Source of the DNA: Tubulanus polymorphus
Lineage: Eukaryota > Animalia > Nemertea
Direction of reading: 5' to 3'
Assembly (NCBI RefSeq): GCF_964204645.1
Contig: NC_134034.1
Coordinates: 11,916,962 to 11,980,961, forward strand
Length of the DNA: 64,000 nucleotides
The notes under the pieces were generated by a model. The model had not been told where the DNA came from. It was given only the letters and a program-made list of their open reading frames with translations, and did no database searches. Numbering within the stretch: the first letter of the stretch is position 1; each line of letters opens with the position of its first letter. Position numbers and translations under genes: made by a program. Shown here piece after piece: positions 24,801 to 35,821 of this stretch.

Positions 24801-27800
24801 CGACAAACGTTAGAAACCATGTTTAGTAGTGTATAGGATAAAAATTTGCTTACAAAACAGCTGAATTACTGGTTTACCGAGATAAAGGAGGAGAAGTCTG
24901 CTGTCATTGGGATATGAAAGTGATGCAGACGCTTCCTGAAAATTGGAAATTTCCTCCTAGAATACTCCTTATATGCCTATCTAGGATTATCCGTAGGGAC
25001 TCTGATTCTACTACGATATCTGAGGTAATCAACTCCTTATAAAATAGAAATCAGACGTAAAATTGATGATTTCATTTTCAGGTATTTGCGATTGTTGATC
25101 CGGACAAACAGTCCGAACGGGCCGTGTTTTACTCGTTGATTCTACTGGGAATCGGAATAGTTTCCGGCGGGTTTTACTTCCTACAGGTATTGAACAACAC
25201 CGCGGTTCTTATAACTCGTAAACGATCGAATTGTCTTTTTAGCAAAAAAACCCGTCTAAAATGTCGCGCTCGTTATTTTCAGAATTTCATGTTCGCTATA
25301 TCCGGCGAGCGGCTGACGTTACGTCTAAGACAGATGGCTTTTAAATCGATACTTAAACAGGTCAGCGTCCGAGACCGGTTCCACGGTTATTAAGTCAGTG
25401 CATTTGCGTACTGTAATGGCCGATTTTGCGTACAGAGGGGGAGGGGGTTGAAAAATTCAAATTTTATGCGTACGTAATTAATGAATGATCCCATACCAAA
25501 GTGACTATGAAGTGTTAATTGTTGCTAGGTCAACTATCAACTGGTAAATTCCATAAATCTAAGGTCACTTGCTGAAAAGTTGGTTAAAGATAAGCGGCGG
25601 ATAAATGTTATAGTAACATGGACTTTTAATTGTCACTGTCACCCCAGCTCTGACCAACTTTTGAGCAACTGTAGCACCTGGTATTCTCAGAAAGTTGATT
25701 TGAAAGATTTGATTTCGCAGCCTGATGCGACGTTTTAAAAAGTAATAAAGTTTGATATATTTGTAGGAGATGGGATGGTTCGACAACAGCGCGAATCAAG
25801 TTGGAGCTCTAACAGCGAGACTGGCTAGCGATACATCTCTAGTAAAAGGGGTATGTTAATATCGACTTATTGAAGACAATCCGGCTCTAGGACGTCATAA
25901 AAAACCGAAATTGAATCAATAATGTCTTTTCTTAAAGGATTGATGATGTCATAGGGGGATATACGGAAGAAGCCATCTTTTCTTATTAGTTTGATAAGGT
26001 CGTAGGGGAATTTTTATGGGGGAAGCTTTTCAATGTTTAGAGACATTCTTCCTGCCTTCATAAATCCCACTATGACAACATAAATTTGACATTGACGATG
26101 ATGTCATAGGTGGAATGTTATGTTCTTCCTGCCTTCATTTGACATCGATGATGATGATGTCATAGGTGGAATGTTACGTTCTTCCTGCCCTCATAAATCC
26201 CACTATGACGACATAAATTTGACATTATTGGGTGGAATGTTGTCATTGTTTTTGCAGGCTACTGGATCGAGGTTCGCGATTATAATCCAAGCGATTGCTA
26301 ATCTCGGGGTCGGTATTCTCATCTCGTTCGTCTACGGCTGGAAGTTGACGCTGGTCGTGTTGTGTTTCCTGCCTCTGATGGCCGTCGCCGGCGTGATGGA
26401 GAACAGGATGCTCACCGGATTCGCTAAAACTGACAACAACGTCATCGAAGAAGGCGGAAAGGTCGGAGAGACGATAATTCGATTTCGATTTTACAGGGTT
26501 CTTACAGATCATTATTTTCCCATGCGGGGAAAATCAGGGAATAAGAATTTTTGTTGTTCTTGCTGGTGATGAGTGGCACAAGGAACCTCTTGATATGAAA
26601 TAGCCCTCACTGAGGTTATCTTATAATTTAATCAGGGAATTTGAATTTTTGGTGTCTTGTTGTTCTTACTGATGATGAGTGGCACAAGGAACCTCTTGAT
26701 AAGAAAAAGCCCTCATTGAGGATATCTTATGATTTAATCAGGGAATTTTTGATTCCCTTATCTGTAAGGACCCTGACGCTTCCAATAGACTAATGACTTG
26801 TATTAGAATACTCTCATGTTGAAATTGTTTATGTCTTAATAAAGAAACTAATATTAACTGTATGGAAAATTTAGTAATAGACTAATGACTTTTGTCTGGA
26901 TATCTGATGTCTGATGTTGAATTTGTAGATCGCGGTTGAAGCTACTGAAAACATTCGAACCGTTTCATCATTGAATCGACAACATTATTTCTACAGTAAA
27001 TACATCAGTTTCTTCGAAGCCCTTCACAGGTAACCACCAGAAATATATGAAAATACCAACAACGCAGTCTACTGCAAGTAAAACGCATGCGCAGTCTACC
27101 GCAAGCGCCATAGACTTGCAACTTAGGTCTATTTCAACTTTGCTGAGCAGACGTCCGATCGCCTAGCTCAGACATCCGATCGCCTAGCTCAGTTATTTTC
27201 GGTAGTGAATACCTGAAGCACAGATGGGCAGTTGAACTAAAACATCAATTTTTAATGCCGGTCCTAAATCATACTCGCATCACGTATTTTCTGCCAACAC
27301 TGACTGGGCCACCTGATGTGCTCTCAAAGTTGAAATAGACATTAGTCCCAATTAGTTTCACCAATAAATGTCTCGATTTAAGAATGTCGCAATAGAAGCT
27401 TGATGTGATTAATATTTCAGCCAAGGATCTAAGATTGTCAGTTATTTCAGAAAGGGATCTAAGATTGTTAGTTATTTCAGACAGGGATCTAAGATTGTTA
27501 GTTATTTCAGACAGGGATCTTAGATTGTCAGTTATTTCCGACAGGGATCTTAGATTGTCAGTTATTTCAGAAAGGGATCTAAGATTGTTAGTTATTTCAG
27601 ACAGGGATCTAAGATTGTCAGTTATTTCAGACAGGGATCTTAGATTGTCAGTTATTTCAGACAGGGATCTTAGATTGTCAGTTATTTCAGACAGGGATCT
27701 TAGATTGTCAGTTATTGTTAGTTATTTCAGACAGGGATCTAAGATTGTCAGTTATTTCAGACAGGGATCTAAGATTGTCAGTAATTGTTTGTTGTTTCAG

Positions 27801-30800
27801 ACAGGGATCAAGGAAGGCTCACATCCACGGTATCACTTACAGCTCCGCTCAATCGATCATATATTTCGCGTACGCCGTGTCGTTCGCTTTCGGGGCATAC
27901 CTCGTCGATCAGGGCGAAATGGTGTTCATCGATATTTTCAAGTAAGTTCTATCGATTCAATCGTTGAGAATATTACGGACCTAGTTTAAGTTAAAAGATT
28001 TAAGATGGCTGACTGGTGGCCATCTTGGCATCTATCTCTTATTATAGGTCTTTCCTTGCGTTTTGATGGATCTCGATAAACATATTGCGCTTGCGATTTA
28101 TTTTAGAAAAAAGGTCAAAGATGGCTGACCGATGGCCATCTTGGCATGTATGTGTACGAAGTAACTTAGGCCTTTTTAACTGTACAAAATCTGCGGGAGG
28201 TAACTCAGGCCCGGGAGGTACTAGTCGGCCTGAGGCAGACATTTCTACTTGGATTCTCGACCACGTTGAAGCGAAGTTAAGTAACGAAGTTTCTCTTCAT
28301 TTTGCTTGTAGAATATTTGGAGCGATTACGTTCGGAGGAATGGCGTTCGGCGAGGCTACGACCGCCGCTCCCGATTATTTCAAAGCCAAGGTCGCCGCTC
28401 ACAAACTGTTTAGACTATTCGATCGCGTTCCGGAGATTGATTCGAGCAGCACAGACGGACTGAAACTGGTAGGTGAAAATAGCGGAGTTGTCTTCGGTAC
28501 GAAGATTTAGATTTGAAATTTATGTCGCTTTTGAGTTCATTTTCATTGTTTTATGGAAATCTTGAGTCAAATGTTGATAAGTCGGGACCCAGTTCCACGT
28601 ACCTTAAACATAAATTGGACCTAAAGAGAGCTAAAACATGGAAAATTAGCCAATTTTGTTGGAATTGGACCCTGTGGCTATTGATTAAAGACCGGTTCTA
28701 TAGCCGATCTAACAACTTAAGACCGGTCTAAACTCATTTTAGTTCTATAGCCAATCTAACAACTTAGGACCAGTCTAAGCTCATTTTAGTTCTATAGCCA
28801 ATCTAACAACTTAAAGATCAGTCTTAAGTCATTTTGGTTCTATAGCCAATCTAACAACTTAAGACCAGTCTAAGCTCATTTTGGTTCTATAGCCAATGTA
28901 ACAGGTTAAGACCAGTCTAAGCTCATTTTGGTTCTATTGCCTATCTTACAACTTGAGATCAGTCTCAGCTCATTTTCTGAAGCTAATCTAACAACATGAA
29001 ACCGGTCATAAGATTTGAGATCATTTTTGGACTTTATTCATGAGTCTGAACCAAGGTCCATGGTTTTGGGTTAGAAATGTGGCATTAGTTTAGGAACGTT
29101 GGTTATGAACTCGTTTTACCTGGAACCGGATCCGATACTTTTACTGTTTTAGAAAATTCCGATGGCTTTATTTCTACTGTAGAACGTGGACAGTTTCTCC
29201 GGTAATGTCCGATTCGAGAAGGTGAACTTCCACTACCCGACGCGTCCGAACGTGCGGGTGTTGCGTAATCTCGACTTGTCGTTGAACGCCGGTGAAGTGC
29301 TCGCTCTGGTCGGTAGCAGCGGTTGCGGTAAGAGTACGACCGTTCAGCTGATTGAACGATTCTATAATCCGATTACTCCTCATCAACGTAACGTCAACGC
29401 TTCAAACATCGATCTGAAACCCGGACACGTCGTATGTATTCAACTTATACTCATTTCTTAATTCATTTTCTGACAATACATAAATTAAGGCCATAAGTTA
29501 GAGACAGAGTCTACTGCATTTTACAAACTCTTACTCAGTATTTGACACAAATTCGGGGTATTATTTTACCAGTCTCAACTTTACGGCAGTAAGAGACAGA
29601 GTCTACTGTATTTCACAAACTCTTACTCAGTATTTGACACCAACTGGGGGTAGAATTTTACCAGTCTCAACTTTACCGCAGTAAGAGACAGAGTCTACTG
29701 TGTTTCACAAACTCCTACTCAGTATTTGACACCAACTCGGGGGAGAATTTTACCAGTCTCAACTTTATCGCAGTAAGAGACAGAGTCTACTGTATTTCAC
29801 AAACTCTTACTCAGTATTTGACACAAATTCGGGGTATTATTTTACCAGTCTCAACTTTACCACAGTAAGAGACAGAGTCTACTGTATTTCACAAACTCTT
29901 ATTCAGTATTTGACACAAACTCGGGGTAGAATTTTACCAGTCTCATCTTTACCGCAGTAAGAGACTGAGTCTACTGTATTTCACAAACTCTTACTCAGTA
30001 TTTGACACTAACTCGGGGTAGAATTTTACCAGTCTCATCTTTACCGCAGTAAGAGACAGAGTCTACTGTATTTCTTGACTTAAAGTGACTTGTATCTATT
30101 TTTTCTAATTTTCTCAGATGTTAGACGGTCACGATGTGAAGGATTTGAACATTCAATGGCTGCGATCTCGTATCGGTATCGTCGCTCAGGAACCGGTTCT
30201 ATTCGCTACAAGTATCCGAGAGAATATCGAATACGGAGAGAACTCTCGCGTCGTTTCGATGGATGAAATTATCACAGCGGCTCGAGACGCGAACATTCAC
30301 GACTTCATACAGTCGCTACCACTGGTAAGTGAGGTTTCAGTCGCTACCACTGGTAAGTGAGGTTTCAGTCGCTACCACTGGTAAGTGAGGTTTCAGTCGC
30401 TACCACTGGTGAGTGAGGTTTCAGTCGCTACCACTGGTAAGTGAGGTTTCAGTCGCTACCACTGGTAAGTGAGGTTTCAGTCTCTAACATACACGACTTC
30501 ATACAGTCGCTACCACTGGTAAGTGAGGTTTCAGTCGCTACCATACACGACTTCATACAGTCGCTACCACTGGTAAGTGAGGTTTCAGTCGCTAGCATAC
30601 ACGACTTCATACAGTCGCTACCACTGGTAAGTGAGGTTTCAGTCGCTACCATTGGTAAGTGAGGTTTCAGTCGCTACCACTGGTAAGTGAGGTTTCAGTC
30701 GCTACCACTGGTAAGTGAGGTTTCAGTCGCTACCACTGGTTAGTGTGGTTTCAGTCGCTAACATACACGACTTCATACAGTCGCTACCACTGGTAAGTGA

Positions 30801-31757
30801 GGTTTCAGTCGCTACCACTGTGAGGTTTCAGTGACTGATTAAGTTTAACTGTTCAGGACCCCTCCGCTGTTGTAAGAGAAGATATGAATCAAAACATTGA
30901 AAATAAACTGGTTTTAACTCACAACTATAGAACTGGATCCTGAGTTCAGAGTTAACTCAAACTGACAACTGCGCAACTGGATCCTGAGGTCATTTGAGGT
31001 CCGGGTTTGAGGAAGTATCGGTTTACAAAGTTTAAACAACGCCATATTAGAAACAATGCATGGTTCCCACAGTATCGGGAAATTGGGAAAAACCTTGAAA
31101 TGATCATTCCCAGTTTGGAAATATTTGGGAATTTGAGGGATATTTTGGAAATTCATTTACATTTCACGTATTGCATTTGCCAAGGGCAACTTTCCTTCAG
31201 CAATTTTTACTTGTAAATCACCTTTATCAACCAGTCACCACTAAAATGTTGACTGTAGTATGATGATATCTGTTCATTACCATTTGGGAAAATTGTTGAA
31301 AATCACCCGTGTAATACTTGGGAAAAACCTGGGAATTTCTAATCTTTTTGAACGATGACAATGAATTAGAATTAGAATCTTGTTGTGAATGTTGATATCT
31401 GTATTTCAGGGATATGAAACGAATGTAGGTGATAAAGGCACTCAGTTGAGCGGCGGGCAGAAACAACGTATCGCCATCGCCCGCGCTTTAATCCGTAACC
31501 CTAAAATATTGTTACTCGACGAGGCGACGTCTGCCCTCGATACCGAGAGCGAGGCTATCGTACAGGAAGCCCTTGACCGCGCTCAACGAGGTCGCACGTG
31601 CATCGTCATCGCGCATCGGTTGTCCACGATTCAGAACGCGAATCGAATCGCGGTGATTCATCGCGGCGTCGTCGCGGAGATCGGTACGCACGCCGAGCTG
31701 ATGAAACACGAGGGCGCGTACTATAAACTACAACGAGCTCAAAACAGATCGAAATAA
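12831..31757 (+). CDS. ABCB1: ABC transporter subfamily B full transporter (P-glycoprotein / MDR1-like), about 1375 aa, 26 coding exons
   Basis: Exons 12831-13051, 13358-13421, 13811-13989, 14400-14630, 15292-15463, 15941-16065, 17058-17229, 18009-18122, 18571-18678, 18880-19005, 19311-19520, 20010-20180, 20524-20685, 22946-22979, 23741-23943, 24434-24595, 25082-25186, 25283-25360, 25767-25850, 26258-26461, 26929-27029, 27801-27941, 28312-28468, 29183-29431, 30118-30324, 31410-31757. Total 4128 nt, in frame. TMD-NBD-TMD-NBD architecture with two copies each of Walker [11 protein letters not shown]-loop [23 protein letters not shown] and IAHRLST. Confidence 0.95.
14843..15098. repeat. 36-bp minisatellite x~7 (intronic)
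   Basis: Unit CTCCATTCACCTGCAGCAGGTTCACTCAGGGAATAC. Confidence 0.9.
16078..16297. repeat. 72-bp tandem repeat x3 (intronic)
   Basis: Unit TTTCATAGAGTTTGTTCGTTTTGCTTTAGGTCTTTCAGATCTTGGATTCCCAAGACTAAACCTTATTAGATT. Confidence 0.9.
16485..16572 (-). mobile_element. tRNA-derived SINE-like head
   Basis: Minus strand has A-box-like TAGCTCTCAGCGG and B-box GGTTCGAGTCC without a convincing cloverleaf. Confidence 0.45.
16586..16920. mobile_element. PIF/Harbinger-like MITE
   Basis: TAAGGCCTTTTTATGAAC ... GTTCATAAAAAGGCCTTA terminal inverted repeats. Confidence 0.7.
17440..17578. mobile_element. ~140-bp Harbinger-like MITE (GGGCC.GTT termini); copies at 21811-21945, 34197-34339, 46890-47031
   Basis: Shared internal CTTAAGACCAGTCTAAGACC..CTATAGCCAATCTAACAA; inverted termini flanked by CAG/CTG. 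Confidence 0.8.
17816..17974. mobile_element. Harbinger-like MITE with CTG target-site duplication; copy at 32629-32786
   Basis: CTG|GGCCCAGTTTCATAGA...TCTATGAAACCCAGTC|CTG. Confidence 0.7.
20220..20500. repeat. 46-bp minisatellite x~6 filling ABCB1 intron 12
   Basis: Unit AATCATTGAAATCATCTTGAGTTAGTAACTAATCATAATTTTACTG. Confidence 0.9.
20737..21235. mobile_element. Second copy of the ~500-bp fold-back element
   Basis: Palindromic; right arm nearly identical to the right arm of the 12005-12513 copy. Confidence 0.85.
22186..22315. repeat. 27-bp GC-rich tandem repeat x5
   Basis: Unit GGGAATCCTGCTCA.GT.CG.G.GCCC. Confidence 0.8.
23004..23612. repeat. 20-bp minisatellite (~30 units) related to a MITE terminal repeat
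   Basis: Unit CCCAGTTCCACAGTTCTGGA / CAAGTTCCACAGTTCAGTAT; compare TIR GGACCCAGTTCCACAGTT at 51249 and 59558. Confidence 0.9.
27412..27809 (+). repeat. 30-bp minisatellite x~13 containing copies of the exon-22 splice acceptor
   Basis: Unit GTTATTTCAG|ACAGGGATCTAAGATTGTCA; real junction GTTGTTTCAG|ACAGGGATCAAGG at 27800/27801. Confidence 0.9.
29497..30073. repeat. 92-bp tandem repeat x~6
   Basis: Unit begins GTAAGAGACAGAGTCTACTGTATTTCACAAACTC (29589, 29681, ...). Confidence 0.9.
30293..30832 (+). repeat. 28/54-bp minisatellite containing copies of the exon-25 splice donor and exon end
   Basis: 28-bp unit TCGCTACCACTG|GTAAGTGAGGTTTCAG and a 54-bp unit that adds CATACACGACTTCATACAG. Confidence 0.9.
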
Positions 31758-32083
31758 TCACGAATCACTGAGGAGATCTCACCTAACAAACCATGAATCA
31801 CCGTGGAGATCTCACCTAACAAACCATGAATCACCGACGAGATCTCACCTAACAAACCACGAATCACCTTGGAGATCTCACTCAACAAACCACGAATCAC
31901 CTTGGAGATCTCACTCAACAAACCACGAATCACCTTGGAGATCTCACTCAACAAACCACGAATCACCTTGGAGATCTCACTCAACAAACCACGAATCACC
32001 GAGATCTCACCTAACAAACCATGAATCACCGACGAGATCTCACCTAACAAACCATGAATCACCGAGGAGATGTCACTTAACAA
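31755..32083. repeat. 33-bp minisatellite x~10 starting at the ABCB1 stop codon
   Basis: Unit GAATCACCTTGGAGATCTCACTCAACAAACCAC. Confidence 0.9.
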
Positions 32084-32907
32084 ATAGGAATGTCATAGGG
32101 GGATTTATGGAGGCAGTCATCTTTTCTGCATGGTTATTTGATGATGTCATAGGGGGATTAACGACAGGGCATCTTTTTTGACAGGGTGATTTGATGATGT
32201 CATAGGGATTTTTTGAGGGTGATTTTATGATGTCATAGGGAGATTTATGGAGGCAGTCATCCTTTCTGCAGGATTACATGATGGTGTTATAGGAGGATTT
32301 ATGTATTGATGTCATAGGGGGATTTATGGAGGCAGTTATCTCTTCTGCATGGTTATTTGATGTCAAAAAGGGATTTATGTATTGATGTCATAGGGGGATT
32401 TATGTTTTGATGTCATAGGGGGATTTATGGAGGCAGTCATCGTTTTGGCAGGATTACATGATGATGTAATAGGAGGATTTATGTTCTGATGTCATAGGGG
32501 GATTTATGGAGGCAGCCATCTTTTCTACGGGGTAATTGATGATAATATTGGGGGGGATGGATTTATGGAGGCAGCCTATTTTAAAGAGTTTGTAAAGATG
32601 ATATTGAAAATGGTCCACTACTATACAGGGCTCGGTTTCATAGACCGGTATCAAAGTTATCAGTAGGGATAACTCATAAATCTGGGTAACAACCACCATA
32701 GTAACAAAGAGAAACCATGATTAAAACTGATAGATTTCAAAATGTTGCCAGGGACTATTTTTCTTCCACATCTATGAAACCCAGCCCTGGTATATAACTA
32801 ACGCTGCTTGATTGTTTATTAATTCTCAGTATTTTTAAATTATTATAAAAGTTTGAATTTCTTTGTAACTGTTTGCATCGAATTGTGTAAATATAGACGA
32901 TGATCCT

Positions 32908-33766
32908 ACCCTTAATACGGGATAGGGGTACTGTTAGGTTGGTCTGGAGCAGAGTCTGCCCTACTCCGGGATTTATAGCTTATCCGTGACCACAACCCTT
33001 AATACGGAACAGAGGTACTGTTGGAGCAGAATCTGTCCTACTCCAGGATTTATAGTATATCCATGACCACAACCCTTAATACGGGGCAGAGGTACTGTTG
33101 GAGCAGAATCTGTCCTACTCCAGGATTTATAGTATATCCATGACCACAACCCTTAATACAGGACAGAGGTACTGTTGGAGCAGAATCTGTCCTACTCCAG
33201 GATTTATAGTATATCCATGGCCACAACCCTTAATACAGGACAGAGGTACTGTTGGAGCAGAATCTGTCCTACTCCGGGATTTATAGCTTATCCATGACCA
33301 CAACCCTTAATACGGGATAGAGGTACTGTTGGAGCAGAATCTGTCCTACTCCAGGATTTATAGTATATCCATGACCACAACCCTTAATACGGGGCAGAGG
33401 TACTGTTGGAGCAGAATCTGTCCTACTCCGGGGTTTATAGCTTGTCAATGACCACAACCCTTAATACGGGACAGAGGTACTGTTGGAGCAGAATCTGTCC
33501 TACTCCAGGATTTATAGTATATCCATGACCACAACCCTTAATACGGGACAGAGGTACTGTTGGAGCAGAATCTGTCCTACTCCGGGATTTATATTTTATC
33601 CATGACCACAACCCTTAATACGGGACAGAGGTACTGTTGGAGCAGAATCTGTCCTACTCCGGGATTTATAGCTTATCCATGACCACAACCGTTAATAGGG
33701 TACAGAGATACTGTTGGAGCAGAATCTGTCCTACTCCGGGGTTTATAGCTTATCCATGACCACAAC
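32908..33766. repeat. 77-bp tandem repeat x~11
   Basis: Unit ACCCTTAATACGGGACAGAGGTACTGTTGGAGCAGAATCTGTCCTACTCCGGGATTTATAGCTTATCCATGACCACA. Confidence 0.95.
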
Positions 33767-34175
33767 TTCTGAAATTTTTGTCTTTTAGTTTTATCGACCC
33801 ATATCAAGAATGATAACCACTATTTTTATAGACAACGTTTTGACCTTTTATAGTTTATATCTATTTTACTGTTTGTTCACAACTATACACGTTAAACAGT
33901 TAAATCCGCCCAGAGTTAAAGAAAAAAAAAACAGATCTGTGATTTGAGATACTTTAGGAAAACTAGAACATCCTTAGGCCAGTTCTACAGTCGTGAGTTA
34001 GAGTTAACTCCGAGTCGGAATTAGTTCATTTTCAATGAGTCAAATCTTAACTCGCAACTGTGGAACTTGGTCCTCATCCGTTGATACATGTTCGAAGCAG
34101 GGTAAAGATTTTAGTACTTCACATTCCTTTTAATGTTTTAAAACTCTAATTTTGTATTCTTGAAAAACTATGAAA

Positions 34176-34534
34176 CAGGGTGGCCACTTACCTGCAGGGC
34201 CTGGTTCCATAGTCATCAAGACTTAAGACCAAAAGTGGTCTTAAATCTTAAGACTGGTCTTAAGTTGTTGATTGGCTATAGAACTAAGTTGGTTTTAGAC
34301 TGGTCTAAAGTCTAAGCCCTCACTATGGAACCGGCCCCTGGAAAGATCTTGTAAAAAAGTTTAAATCGGGGAAAATTCAGGGAAATTTGTTGAGATCGCT
34401 TGATTGCGCGTAAAATCATCGTGCCCGTCTATGTCTTACATATTTGACTGCATTATTTGATTGGATTCGTAGCAAATCAAGTCAGGGAAAACAACGCACA
34501 GGGCAAAGCAAGTCCGATAAAAGTGGCCACCCTG
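34176..34534. mobile_element. CAGGGTGGCCAC-TIR non-autonomous DNA transposon with a nested Harbinger-like MITE; relatives at 43268-43518, 48701-48950, 49549-49817, 17350-17730
   Basis: CAGGGTGGCCACTT ... AAGTGGCCACCCTG termini and shared interior (GATCAAGTCAGGGAAAACAAC). Confidence 0.75.
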
Positions 34535-34619
34535 AGTAACTATTAACTGTTTTAATGTATGTTCCGTGTTTGTTGAAGCCCGGTGTTTATTATTGTTATG
34601 AAATATCAACATCCTTTAA

Positions 34620-34907
34620 CCCTTTCAGTGCTGACTAATTAATACCCTATAGTGCTGAAGATAATTTGAAAATTCTGAAAAATTCCACCCTAGTGTGTTG
34701 AATAACGGGAATGCCACTATAGTGCGTCTACACCACGGCGCGGTGTATCATTAGTTACTGATATTTCACTATGTTTGACAGGTGCTGCCATCTTTCAAGA
34801 GAGATAATTAGTATTAACTAATTAAATCAATACACCGCAGTGCGGTGTACTAGCAAAATCCTTCACTGATTTGTACACCGCACTGTGGTGTACACGCACT
34901 GAAAGGT
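34620..34907. mobile_element. piggyBac-like MITE
   Basis: TTAA|CCCTTTCAGTGC ... GCACTGAAAGGT|TTAA. Confidence 0.8.
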
Positions 34908-35732
34908 TTAATCGTATGAAGCTAGTCTAATATCAGTATCTTGTTCGGGGAATCCCTAAGATTTTCGGGGATTCAGACTAATTTATAGCATAATCTTATT
35001 TATTCTGATGTTTTTTCGTAACGTTTGTAGTTTGCTGTTTTAGTTCTTATATTAACGATATTGTATTATTTGTTTCGAAAAAATAAATTAGTTATGATTA
35101 ACTCAGTCCAGAGTGACTTATTTGTAAGGTTTTCTGCATGGACTCTCAGGCACTGGGAGGATCCAGGTGACTTTTACGACAATTTTCAGTAAAATCGGCT
35201 CAATTGATTGGACCCTGCCAAAAATAAATTTTCCCGAATGTATGGCTCGAATCGACTCTTTCTAATAGCTTACTTCGGTAAGCGAGTTTGCGATGCGTTC
35301 AACAAAGCGTCGAATATTCGCTGAATACAATTTTTTAGTACCGTAATTCGGAATTTTTCTTTAGTGAGATTTAGAAAACCAAATCGAATAAAAGTTCTCT
35401 CAATTAAAACCAGACTTTTGAAGCGTAACACTGCTTATTTCTATATTGATGAGCAAATATTTCATCCAGCAGAATTTACACTAGAGCTTCATGTTTTTGT
35501 CAAAAGTAATTTTGACCCAACTAAATCGATCTTTTTTTTCCGAAAACAAGTTAAATTAAAACAATTTTCAAGAACAAACTTTTAAACTCATTCGTTATCA
35601 TTTTAGGATAAGTGTGTAATTTAAGATATTTCGATTGAATTATTAATTTAGCAAAAATTATACGCCGGCGAAATTTCTCTGTGTCACATGACAATCATGT
35701 GATGGTGTAAATATGTCGACCTTTGTGTTGAT

Positions 35733-35741
35733 TATATAAAA
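35733..35741 (+). promoter_or_regulatory. TATA box of the secreted-protein gene
   Basis: TATATAAAA about 90 bp upstream of ATG 35822. Confidence 0.55.
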
Positions 35742-35821
35742 TGCGAAATCGTCGGTCACCGAGTTCTATTTTACTGCGGATCACTCATTCGTGCTGTTCG
35801 TTAGATACTTGTATAGCGATC

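Noticed and set aside
27405-27989. 194-aa repetitive ORF and similar ORFs at 14687-15191, 16081-16296, 22900-23311, 30441-30662, 31739-32083, 56663-56980
   Set aside because: Translations of intronic or UTR minisatellites, not supported as proteins
32908-33766. CRISPR-like regular arrays (also 44756-45710, 29497-30073, 53704-54023)
   Set aside because: Units are contiguous near-identical tandem repeats with no unique spacers, there are no cas genes, and the context is eukaryotic
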